NCBI RefSeq assembly: GCF_009914755.1
Contig: NC_060933.1
From: the human T2T-CHM13v2.0 reference genome, Homo sapiens
Length of the DNA: 64,000 nucleotides
Direction: 5' to 3' (one strand)
In this document: positions 14,804 to 27,393 of the stretch, piece after piece
How the letters are laid out: every line of letters starts with the position of its first letter
Numbering within the stretch: the stretch's first letter is position 1
Program-made: the position numbers and the translations under genes
The notes under the pieces: model-generated
The model's input: the letters and a program-made list of their open reading frames with translations, nothing else
What the model was told of the DNA's origin: nothing
Database searches by the model: none

Positions 14804-14916
14804 TTTTTTTTTTAATCGAGGTGAAATTCACATAACAAAATCAATCATGTTAAAGTGTATAATCCCGTGGCATTTAGTACATTCCCAGGGTTGTGCAACC
14901 ACCTCCTCTATTTAGT
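14804..14916 (-). mobile_element. Short 5'-truncated L1MB 3' end
   Basis: Poly-T then GAGGTGAAATTCACATAACA...GTGGCATTTAGTACATTC...TGTGCAACCACC; flanked by AGCCTGGAA / AGCCTGAAA. Confidence 0.75.
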
Positions 14917-15175
14917 GAGAGCCTGAAATGTCTTGTTATTCCAGAATGTAAGGAAATGTACAAAACATACTGGGGGCATGTCATGAGGACAGAGGAAGCA
15001 GGCTGGAACGGCTTCCCCTGCCCATGTCTGGGACAGTTTGAATACCAAAATAATTATTGGTAGCAACAAAGTATAAAACATTGAAAAAGTGTATAGAATC
15101 CATTCTATATACTCATAAGCATAGAAATATATAAGTAAATGTGTGAGAAGGATGGCTCTTTTTACAGTAGACTAC

Positions 15176-15553
15176 TGTTATAAACAGAATTGTGTCCTCC
15201 TAAAATGCGTATGTTAAAGCTGTAACCCCTAATGTGACTGTATTTGGAGATAGGGCCTTTAAGGAGGTAAGCAGGGTTAAATGGGGTCAATAGGGTGGGG
15301 CCCACATCCAATAAAACTAGTATCCTTAAAGGAAGAGGAAGAGACACCTGGGGCATGTACACAGAGAAAGACCAGCGAGGACACAGCAAGAAAGCTGTCA
15401 TCTACAAACCAAAGAGAGAGGTTCAAGAAAAACCTACTCTGCTGGCACCTTGATCTTGGATGTCCAGCCTCTGAACTGTGAGAAAGAAATGTCTGATGCT
15501 GAAGGCACCCAGTAGGTGGTATTTAGTTATGGCAGCCTGAGCAGGCTAATACA
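15176..15553 (+). mobile_element. MLT1A-type MaLR solo LTR
   Basis: TG...CA termini, AATGTGACTGTATTTGGAGATAGGGCCTTTAAGGAGGTAA core, ends GGCTAATACA; TSD ACTAC/AATAC. Confidence 0.88.
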
Positions 15554-16089
15554 AATACCTAGTGTCAACTGGTAGATGTAGCAGGAGAGCTGGAGTTGGG
15601 GGAAAAAAGTATTATTTTACCACCACTGTGTACTTAAGATTGTTTCTGGCAAGAGTCACCCAATGTTCAATTTAGATAAAATTTTGGTGACGAATGAGCA
15701 ATTTACATGTTCTTAAAATGTCTCCTCATAGATTGCCTTTTGGTTGCAAGGGGAACAATAATAATTACACAGTGCAGAAATCAGATACCCCTTTGACTAG
15801 TGACTGAAATGAACATCACCAATAAAGGACAGACAGACATCATGTGCCTCTGGATACGATGCCCCAAAGAGGAGATAATACTACTCTTGTGCTATTTGAC
15901 TGGAAATGCATAGCCTGAGTTTAATAGTGAGGAAGCGTTATAGAAGCCCCAAACAAGGAACATTCCATCTTACAAACAGGAACTGTTTTTAACATGTCAG
16001 TGTCATAAAGAAGAAAAAAATCTAAAGAGATATGTCAACTCACTACGATATATGATTTTAGACTGAATCCTGTACTGAAAAAACATTAC

Positions 16090-16630
16090 TGTGTCTGATA
16101 GGCAGCCACTAAAATGGTCCCACTTCCAGATATTTGCCCCTCTGTATAATCATTTCCCTTGAATGTAGGCTGAACTAACGACTTACTGACTTGCTTTTAA
16201 TGAATAGAAGATGGTAGAAGTAATAGAATGTCACTTCAAAGATAAGGTTACAAAGAAATGCTGGAAGTTTCTACCTGTGGGGCTTGTTCCCTTTCCCTCA
16301 CTTATTCTAAGGTACTAGCTGCCATGCTGTGAGCAGCCCTATGGAGAGGACCATGTGGTGAAGATATGAGAGAAACTTCTGGTCAACAGCCAGTGAAGCA
16401 CTGAATCCTGCCAACAACCATGTGAGTGAGCAGGAAAGTGGATCCTCCCCACACTGAGCCTTCAGATGAGACCACAGCCCTAGCCTACACATTGATTATA
16501 ACCTGGTCAAAGGACCCAGCTAGGCCACATGCATACACCTAACTCACAGAAACTGAGATCATAAATGTTTGCTACTTTCAACTGCTAAGTTTTGAAGTAA
16601 CTTGTTATGTATCTATAGATAACTAACACA
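16090..16630 (+). mobile_element. MLT1E/F-type MaLR solo LTR
   Basis: Starts TGTG..TAGGCAGCCACTAAAATGG, contains GCTGCCATGCTGTGAGCAGCCCTATGGAGAGG, ends GATAACTAACACA. Confidence 0.8.
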
Positions 16631-17095
16631 CCATGTTCCTTGACAAAACTGGAAGCTGCATAGTAGATTATATTAAAGTATTATATCAATGTTAAATTTA
16701 CTGAAGTTGGTAATCTTACTCTGGATATGTAACACTAAGATAATATTCTTATTCTTAGGAAATATACACTGCACATTGATAAATTAGGTCAAAGGACATG
16801 CTATTTCCAACTTTCAAATATATATTATCTGTCTCAAATGTTATATATTGAGATAGATATTTGACATATATGTAAATACAAATAAATTTGTATATATACA
16901 TAGAGAGAAGAGAGAAAGGGGAGGAGAGAAAGGGGATGGAAAGAAGAATGGAGGAAGGGGTAAGAAAGAGAGGAAGAGAGCACAAGCGCAAACGATAAAG
17001 CAAGTACAGCAAACTGTTAATGAACAGTGTATACATAAGTGTTCTCTGTACTATTCTTATACCTTTTCTGTATGTTTGAAATTATTTCTAAGTAA

Positions 17096-17393
<298 letters not shown>

Positions 17394-17719
17394 CTAAATA
17401 AGTCTTTTTTAAAAAAGGATCAGACTCTGATATGTGTTTAACAAGGCATTTACAAATAATAATTCCATGCCTTTAAGTTATCAAAGTAAAATGACACGTA
17501 ACACTCCATTTTCACCCTTATTTCAGGTCTATCTTACAGGATTTGTCTTTAATTCTTTGCACAACATTAAGAGAAACAAAGCTCCAGAGAGAATCTTGTT
17601 TCTATGAATCTCCTATATTTTGTCCATTTATGTTCTTCATTTCTCAGGTGTCTGTTTTGTAATTGTACTCTTAGGAACTAGCATTCTTAGCAACTTTGAG
17701 AGAGCTATTCATTCTAGGC

Positions 17720-18330
17720 TTTTTTTTTCCTTTAACAACTTTATTAAGATACAATTAATGTACCATAAAATTTATCTTTTTAAAGTGTACAATTCAGTTA
17801 TTTGTTTTAGTATATTCGCCAAGTTGTGCAACCATCACCACTATCTAATTTTGGAACGTTTTTATCGCCCCCCGACAAAAAACCTCATTTGAACCTGTTA
17901 AGCAGTCACTCCCTGTTCTCTGCTCTCTCCAACCCCTGGGGATCACTAATCTGCTTTCTGTTTGTATGGATTTGTCCATTCTGAATATTTTATATGAATA
18001 GAGTCATGTAATACGTCATGTTTTGAGTATGGCTTCTTTCACTTAGCATAATGTTTTCAGACTTCATCTGTGTAGAGTGTGTGTCAGTAGTTAATTCCTT
18101 TTCCTTGTTCAGTAATATTACATCGTATGGGTATAATAATTTATTTATTCATTCATCAAGTGATGGACATTTAAATTGTTCCCACTTTCTGGCTATTTTG
18201 AATAATGCCACTATGAGCACTCATGTACAAGTTTTTGGGAGGACATATGTTTTCAGTTATTTTGGGTATATACATGTGAGTGAAATTGCTGGGTCACACA
18301 TTAACTTTATCTTCAATATTTAAAAATTCT
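17720..18330 (-). mobile_element. L1MB-like 3' end
   Basis: TTTAAAGTGTACAATTCAG, GTTGTGCAACCATCACCAC, CACTAATCTGCTTTCTG, TGATGGACATTT, GAAATTGCTGGGTCA. Confidence 0.85.
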
Positions 18331-19756
18331 TGCCAGGGTTTAATATACTTTTAAGCTATGTTATTTTTTCTAGCAGTGTCTTGGCCCATTTTATAGCATT
18401 GCTGTCCTGTGTATACATGTTTGCCTACATTTCTCTTCATGGATTTATGGTAAGTAAACTTCATCGTGAATTAAAATGGTTTATAAACAAAGACCCACAG
18501 GTACTATCATGTCCTTCCTCATCAATGAATCCCATTGCAGCCCACCCTTGTTTTCCCGTCTGACAAATGACTGTTTACACTCTGCAAACCATTCAGACAC
18601 TTACATTTCCTGCCTGGGAATATTTAAACATTTTAAATATTTCAAGAGCATGTCTTTCATTTCCCACAAAACCATGAGGTCTTGGAAAGCCAGGTCCATG
18701 TATTATCTTCCTTTCATGTCTTTCACCACCTTTAGCCAAATATCTAATTTAATTAGATGCTGAAGGCTAAGTAGGGACTATCTGTTATACTTATTTAATG
18801 TCCTTCATAGCACTTAGCTGAGGGATGGGTATCTGGAAGGTGTTTATTTAATGCTAAATAAACAGATTTTAAGTTCCTAAGACTTTACCCTAAAATTATT
18901 TTTATTTTTGGGTTTCTTAGCATGACTTCTATTTGACAAATATAGGTATGGCAACCAGCATGTTCCCTCCCCCGGTACCCAGAAAAGATGTTCATTTCTC
19001 TACAAAGACACTGCCAACACATTAAATACCAGTCTTTTAGTATGTTTGGAGGGGAAAAGAGAGAGAAATGGGCAAAGCACTTCCCTCTTTTCTCCTGATC
19101 CATAGCAACTTCTCTGAGGCGGATCTGCCTCCTCTTTTCTCAACTTTTTCTCATGGTACCATTTCTCAGCAAGATTTTCACCATTCTGCTGGGAACCAAG
19201 AAAGAGAAGAGGGAAAATATTAAATAAAAGTGGTATTCTGGAGATTTAAAAACAGGGACTTCAGCTCTAAAACTATCATGTCCAAATGAGCTCTCATATA
19301 TCCCCTTTTCCTTTCCCACCTATTTCAAACCAAGACATCTTGTCCTGGTATCTAGAAAAAAAACTTACTTGAAAAATTATTTGTTCTGGTGTATCCTAGT
19401 TAATGATTATTTAGATTAGTCAAGCCTTACCACACACACACAATACCTGTCTCATCGTTTTTAAAGAACTAGAATACATAATATACTCAACACCACAGCT
19501 GTCCTGACATAATTTCAGCCCCTTTTGATGATTCAAAGTATTTTAGGATTTCCATGACATTTAATTATTTCAGTGCATATGTGCAAGAGTGCCAAAGAAG
19601 AGAGCCTTGTGGGGAGAGGAATTCCAGATCACAGAAGAATTCCCATATTCAAACAGGATGTCCATTATACATTCCTTGCTCATCATGAAGAACAGAACAA
19701 TGACAAGGACCAAGCAGAATCAGAAGGTGGGAATGGGACAGCTCTGCCAATCACCA

Positions 19757-20062
<306 letters not shown>

Positions 20063-20929
20063 CACAGTCACCATCTTTAAAAGTCGTACCTTTCTTATCT
20101 CAGAGTTCCCAGTTCTCCCTGTAATAAGATTTCTTTCTGTCCAAAAATAAAATAAAATAAATCGGTGAAACTTGGTTTGTTTATTGAAACAAAATACAGT
20201 GAAAAAGCATAAGACAGTTTCCTCTGGGTTTTGTGATTTATATTCACAAAGTTATTCTTCACATTTACCTTTGCAAAGATCCTTCTATTTGAATCACTCA
20301 CTTCTCTTTAGAATTGTGCGATAGCTTGTCAAGCTTCAACTGCACGTGCCTCAGTCTAACAAAGGCTATTATCAGGGACGATTTGTTTCAAGGGTTCCTC
20401 CTCTAGCGGGATGATTATTTAGACAGAAGTTGTCCCCCTGAATGTCTCCTCAAGAAATTTGAAACATAAAGACTATAACAAGGTTGAACTTTGTCTTCAA
20501 TCAGCTATAAACTTTCTTTATTCCTCTTCCATATGCAAACTGTTTACATGTCAGCAATTTGTCTATTTTTATTTTTAAAGGGACTATGGGAATGTATCTG
20601 TGTTAAGACTGGATTTGAATTCCTTACTCATTAAAAAACCTTTTTTAAAAAAAGTAATCCACCATTCAATAAATTGGACAGCCGCATTCTCAAATGCATT
20701 TGGCTATTGAAGTCATTAGACAATGGAAACATTTAGACCAGGTTTGCAAACCTTATCTGCATGGCTCATTCTCTTGCTGCATTCAGATCTCTGTTGAGAT
20801 GTCACCTGCTTTGAGAAACCTCCCTTGATCATCCTCTCTAAACTAATTATCGTCATCACACTTTATTATCTTATTCCGCTTGATTGTTCTTTCTAGTGCT
20901 TATCACTATCTAATATAATAGCATATACG

Positions 20930-21140
20930 CAGCCTGAGCAACAAACCAAGACCCCAGCTCCACAAAAAAATTAAAAAACCAGCCAGGTGTGGTGGTGCAT
21001 GCCTGTAGTCCCAGATAGTTGGGAGGCTGAGGTGGGAGGATGCTTGAGTCCAGGAGGTGAAGGCTGCAGTGAATCATGATCACACCATGCACTCCAGCCT
21101 GGACAACAGAGTGAGACCCTGCCTCAAAAAAAAAAAAAAA
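20930..21140 (+). mobile_element. 5'-truncated AluJ-like SINE
   Basis: Starts within left arm (CAGCCTGAGCAACA), right arm GGAGGATGCTTGAG...GAGACCCTGCCTC, poly-A. Confidence 0.9.
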
Positions 21141-21239
21141 GTATATATGTGTTGATTTATTTGTCATCTTTATCTCCCAGAATGGAAACTTCCTGAAAAC
21201 AGAAATTTATTTTGCTCGTTGCCAATCCCTGGAGCCTAG

Positions 21240-21578
<339 letters not shown>

Positions 21579-21999
21579 TGAATGAATGATTATTTCAGTC
21601 TTATTAATAATACAAAATTAACCTACATTTCAGAAATTCCTAGTTGACGCTAGAAGCAGCAATTTCGTTTTTAAACACCAAAGTGTTTAATTGAAAACAA
21701 TGTGCTGGCTAGTAGAAAGGGTGCAAGAAACAGGCTGAGGCCTCCAGGCACTAAAATCTAATACATGACATGTGATAGATCTACCTATCAATATGATCAA
21801 TAACAAAGCCAGAAGCCATTTCCCAAATACTGTAAGATAATTACAGGTGAGCCCTACACAATCTAAGAATTCAGAGGAAGATTTTTTTTTTTTTTTAATT
21901 GAGGTGGTCAGGAAAGGTTTCCTGGAGGCAGGGTGTATTTTCATCTTGAATGGAGGTGCAAAAGTTAACTAACTGCAAAGTTAGGGGAACAGCTCTCAT

Positions 22000-22617
22000 A
22001 GGAATACACTCTTCTGAAACCAATTGTGAGTTCGAGGTGTTCCCAAAACCACCCTTGGTTTTGATAACTCATTAGAAAGACTCTCAGAGGTCACTGAAAG
22101 CTATTTTATACTTGTGGTTATGGCTTATTATAAGGAAAAGATGCAGATTAAAATCAGCCAAGGGAAGAAGTAATTCATAGGGCAAAGTCAAGGAAAGGTA
22201 GCTGAAAGTGGAACTTCTAATTATCTTCTCCCCCATGGAGTAAGGAAAGTGCTGTTTTGCAGCACTGATGTGTGATAATGTGCATGGAGTATTGCCAACA
22301 AGGGAAGCTTGCTAAGCCTTGATATCCAGAATTCTCACTGGGGCTCCATCATGTAGGCACAGTCAACTGCCCACATGGTTTTTCTCAACATTTAGCCCTG
22401 CAGGAAGTCAAGCTGATACTACATGACCCAAAACTCCCACCCTAAATCACAGTGTTGTTGTGGCTCAGGGCTCCAACCTTAAAACACATTGTCACTACAT
22501 GGCTGACCCAAGACACCCAGACAAACAAAGACACACCTATCCAGCATGATACTTCAAGGACTTGGAGATTACCTCCCACAGTCTGTCTTTGGGCTGGGTT
22601 AAATTCTTTACTACACA
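22000..22617 (-). mobile_element. MER21-like ERV LTR fragment
   Basis: CAGATTAAAATCAGCCAAGGGAAGA, GTATTGCCAACAAGGGAAGCT and terminal AAATTCTTTACTACACA. Confidence 0.7.
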
Positions 22618-22977
22618 GGGAAAGAGTTTAGATAAACCTATGATCAGAATAGTAGATCACCCAATAATAAATGATCAGTAAGCCTGTGACTATATTGTTC
22701 CAGGATAATTCTGACTGTCAGAATTTGTCAGTTTTACACATAATTTTTATAAAAATAACTGCTTTTGAGAAATGAAGGTGGGTATTCAGAGTGAGCATTT
22801 ATGAGGGATTCAAATTGTTTGACAGACTGTTCACATTTTCTAAGTGTCTCCAATCCTCTAATGTTGTCTCAAAGATTTAGTAAATGGGAATACTTCATTG
22901 AATGAATATTTTTTGTAATTGAATATGATTTTCTTGATTTCTCAGATGAATCAAGCACTAAGCTAGAAATGAATCCT

Positions 22978-23830
22978 ATGGCAGTTATCTATTGCTATGT
23001 AACAAACCACTCCAAAATTTAATGGGTTAAAACAACCAAGTATCTTATTTGCTTATGATTCTCTGGGTCAGTGCTTTGGGCTAGGCTCAGGTAGATGGTT
23101 TGATATGGTTTGGCTGTGTCTCCACCCAAATCTCATCTTGAATTCCCATGTGTTGTGTGAGGGACCCGGTGGGAGGTAATTGAATCATGGGGGCAAGTCT
23201 TTCCCATGCTTTTCTCATGATAGTGAGTCTCACGAGATTCAGTGGTTCTATAAAGAGGAGTTCCCCTGCACAAGCTCTCTCTTTGCATGCTACCATCCAT
23301 GTAAGACATGACTTGCTCCTCCTTGCCTTCTGCCATGATTGTGAGGCTTCCCCAGCCATGTGGAACTGTAAGTCCATTAAACCTCTTTCTTTTGTAAATT
23401 GCCCAGTCTTAGGTATGTCTTTATCAGCAGCATGAAAACAGACTAATACATGGTTCTGCTGCTTTAGCCTGGGGTCACTTATGCAGCTGCAGCCATCTGT
23501 GACTTGACAGGGGCTGGGTGGTCTAAGAAGGCCTCACTCACATTACTGGTGGTTGGTGACATTAATCAGGGTGCCTCAGTTCTCCTCCATCTGGCCTCCC
23601 CAGCAGACCAGCTCAGACTTGTTCATATAGGGCAATATCCAAGAGGGTGAGAGAAGAAGCTACAGGCCTCTGGAAGCCAAGACAAAGAAGTCTCACAACT
23701 TTACTTCCAATGCATTCTGTTAGCCAAAGCAATCTTCAAGACCAGCCTAGATTTAAGAGCAGGGGAAATAAACTTCACCTCTTGATAGGAGTAGCTACAA
23801 AGAATATATAGCCATTAAAAAATGTCACAA
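22978..23830 (-). mobile_element. MLT1 (G/H-like) MaLR LTR split by THE1B
   Basis: CAGTTATCTATTGCTATGTAACAAACCACTCCAAAA start; CCAGCCTAGATTTAAGAG...CACCTCTTGATAGGA near the other end. Confidence 0.75.
23101..23450 (+). mobile_element. THE1B-like solo LTR
   Basis: TGATATGGTTTGGCTGTGTC start, GACTAATACA end, 350 bp, perfect TSD TGGTT (23096-23100 / 23451-23455). Confidence 0.93.
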
Positions 23831-25119
23831 GTCCTAAACACAACTTCTTTTTCTTCATTCTTTAATACAGCTTTGTAAGTAGATGGCTAGGCCCTCGCTT
23901 TCCTATAAAAAGTTGAGTGTTACTCCTGCATAAGTAGAAGACGACATTGGTTTGACTTCTCTAAGTTGCCATTTAAAAACGTTTTCAAAAGCATTTGAAT
24001 GACTGTTTAATTTGTAGTGGTATTTTCTGAGTTGTTACTAATTGGTAAAAGGTTGTTTTTCTTTTCTTCTTCTTTTTTTTTAATTTGGTATTTTACTCAG
24101 GCAGACTTTTCCATGGTAGAGAAACTTGCATCCTTTAGATCTTCTATAAAACGACTCCTCGGCCTGTCCTCAATGAACACACCCACCTTCAGAGCCTGGC
24201 TAATGCGGCTGCCCTTAAATGCTGAACACCTGTGGGGAGGCCACTTCCCTGGAGAACAGGCTTCTGAAAGTAATCCCCTTCCCTGTGAGAAAGGCTTCCT
24301 GGAAACAACTGGAGCCACTCTATAGAGAAAAAATATTTAATAGATGTTGCAGCTGGGCTGTCAGAGGAGTTTAATTCCAAAGGAAGGAGAACTGACTTGA
24401 GGATGAAATAGATGCACAGAGATGAGTGAGGTGCTGGGTTGTGCTGTGGCTTTTACCAAGGCTTTGTGCACTGCGATTTCCCCCAGTACCTTGAGACTTG
24501 CATTTCTGGAGAAGTAAAAATTAGTCACTCAGAGAACAGAACTAAAATTTCAAATAGTGTAAGTTGTCACCAGTGATCTTTATCAATGCAGACCTGAGTC
24601 TTATAACAAAATACTTTATTCCCTCTGTGGTTATTAAAATTTCATTGCTCCAAATGACAGTTCCCTCTGGCTCCCCTGGGGAATCAACTGTATTTGACTT
24701 CATGGTCAGTGGTCAGCTGGATGGCTATGTTTTCGGATGTCTACTTATTCAGATTTTTCTTTCCTGCTGCCTGAAAGCAAGGCTCAACATTGGCGCAATC
24801 TGCCCTGGTGCAGAGGAAGTGATTGGGAATGTAGAGGAACCACCCTGCTCATATCAGCAGTGAAATATTTTCAAGGAATTGACCTTGGAGTTTCTGCCAG
24901 TTGGAAACCATGGTAACCACTGCTTGCCCCTGGAAAATTATTTCTCCTCACAGCATCCCTGTCAATCAGTATATGATTCCTCCAACCTTCAAAGCTGTGA
25001 TCCTTAAAAAGGATATCGCAGCTAAAACCTATGATTCAAAAATGTGGATGACCCTTGGTGTTTGAGACCCAGGGAGGCCCAAGTCCTTCGTGCTCCAATT
25101 CAGAGGCCTTAGGCAAATA

Positions 25120-25350
25120 ATAGTAGCTAGTATTTATATGGGACTGAATATCCAGCAATAACTTTTTAAAGAATTTTATACATGCTGTATTAGCTCATTT
25201 AATGCTTACAACCTCCTAAAAGAGGTGCAATTATCTTCATTTTGCATGTGAGGAAACAAGGCACACAGATTAGAACACTGACATGGGATCAATGAGGCAG
25301 GCTATCTAATCCAGGCAGCCTGCTCTGGAATCCATGTAAAAACCACTGTT
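25120..25350 (-). mobile_element. MIR fragment
   Basis: CTCATTTAATGCTTACAAC...CATTTTGCATGTGAGGAAACAAGGCACA. Confidence 0.7.
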
Positions 25351-25984
25351 TTGCCTATCATTAAAGAGAGTAAACTCTTTCTGGGTTGAGAGGAGATAGC
25401 AACCCTTTGCCGATGAGTTTTCCCCTTTGGAATATATCACTCCTTGCCACCTCATCATCCTGGCTGTTAAGGCCCTTGTACTCATCTGGGTCTAAATAGA
25501 AAAGCAAAAAACACTTCAAGTATTTATAAAAGAAGAAATTTACTACAAAGCCATTGGTTACCCAGGTGATGGAGGAGTTGAGAGCCAAATATGGGATGGC
25601 AAAATCACCTAAAACTAGTGACAGCAGGCGGCAGAGCCAGAGGAAAGGGGTCGTGTTTCAGGAGCCCAGCCGCTGATGTCACCTAGCTAAACCTGGAACC
25701 ACAGCAATATCTTCTGGAGGCAGACGCAGCCACAGGGGAGTCTCTCAACTCCTTCTTTCCAGTTCGTTCTCCACATTGCTGCCAGGTTGGCCCTTCTAAT
25801 CTCAGATCTAATCCTGTCGTGTCCTGACGCCATAGTGTACAAACATCTGACACTTCTGCCCCACCAGAGAGCGCTTTATACCGCAGCATCTCTGAACTCT
25901 ACAATGGCTCCCAAACACACTGTACGTTTTTCCACTCTTTGTCTCTGATCTGTCTGTCCACGCATTCTCAAATGCTGTATCAGC

Positions 25985-26450
25985 CAGAGTACCAACTGGG
26001 AAATTGTAGCACACCCAAAATGTTGTCCAAAGGGATATACGTATAAAGGGAAACTTTCACAGGAGGGGGAATGCAGGCAGGAGAACCTCAAGGGCTGATG
26101 CAGTAACATAGGGTCAGCCACAGTGGAGACATTACTACTCGCGTGCTGGAAGGGAAGAGGGGAGAGTATTTACTGGGACTCAAAAAGAGAGGTTCCCGTA
26201 GGGTCACTTTGAGAGGAGCCATGTCCTTTGATTTAGAAACGGCCAGCCTGAAGCAACTTCTCAAGGAATGAAACCAGAGGAATAAAATATCCTGACCTCA
26301 CTCTCCTCTTCCACCAATTGCCTGTTTGGGCTACCCATTGACCACCATAACTTAAAGCCAAAGGGTTCAAGAACCTGTTGATATGATTCATCCAGGTCAG
26401 AAGTGTGGGATTTGGAGGGGCAAACAGGATGTCTAGCACACATGCCTTTT
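25985..26450 (-). mobile_element. Old ERVL-type LTR (LTR16/33-like)
   Basis: AAGGGCTGATGCAGTAAC and CCTGACCTCACTCTCCTC...CCCATTGACC resemble antisense ERVL LTR blocks; weak. Confidence 0.4.
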
Positions 26451-27141
26451 CCTGACGTTTCCACTGCACATTTCTGCCATCCATTCTGGAAGACAAAGCC
26501 CACATGTTACCTCTTAGTGCTACCTCCAGGTCTCCCTAGCTAAGACAGTTATCGTATCTCCCATAGTCCTTCTCACCCCTTGTGTCTGCATTATAGATGG
26601 TGTACACTCAGGGTATGTTCGTCTCCCTATTTATTAGACAATTAGTCCCTTGAGCACATACACCATCTCTATTCATATTCACAATATCTGCACCTAATGC
26701 TAGGGCATTTTTTGCACTGAAAAACATTGTGGTTGAAGAAATAAGGGAATGAATGAGCCATCTACAATAATTGGTTCCACATAGATGACACTTTCCATTA
26801 GCTCTGAGAACAGGGCATCTTCTTTCACACAGGGGTGTCACATCTTTATACAGTTTTTTATGCACTCAATTAAAAAAAATTTCAAGAACCAGACAACTAA
26901 ATTTTTTTCTATGTAAACTCATCCAGACTTGATTAACCATGAACATCATCCACCTTAACTGGCCATTATATTTACAGAAGAAAGGCTCCAATAACAACTC
27001 CCATTTTTACTCCTCATCCTCCTAAGGAGATGTCAGTGTTTCAAGATGAGAATTCATGTCACTTCTCTTCTAGAAGCCTTAGATAACTGGGATATGTAGA
27101 GTTTAATATGATTCTCATGTGCAATTAATAATGTTTTTTCA

Positions 27142-27393
27142 GGCCGGGTATAGTGGCTCACATCTGTAATCGCAGCACTTTGGGAAGACGAGGCGGGTGG
27201 ATCACCTAAGGATAGGAGTTCGAGACCAGCCTGGTCAACATGGCAAAACCCCAACTCTATTAAAAATACAAAAATTAGCTGGGTGTGGTGGCGGGAGCCT
27301 GTAATTCCAGCTAGTTGGGAGGGTGAGGCAGGAGAATCGCTTGAACCCAGGAGGCGGAGGTCAAGACTCTGTTTCAAAAAAAAAAAAAAAAAA
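27142..27393 (+). mobile_element. AluS-like SINE with internal deletion in right arm
   Basis: Normal to GGAGGCGGAGG, then jumps to CAAGACTCTGTTTC plus poly-A; TSD core TTTTTTCA. Confidence 0.92.

Larger units (their letters stand above)
13840..17090 (+). mobile_element. Ancient L1M (L1MC/MD-like) 3' region hosting nested insertions
   Basis: L1 3'-UTR-type blocks (GACTGAATCCTGTACTG, TATATCAATGTTAAATTT, GTTCTCTGTACTATTCTT...GTTTGAAATTATTTC) resume after each insertion; start approximate. Confidence 0.65.
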
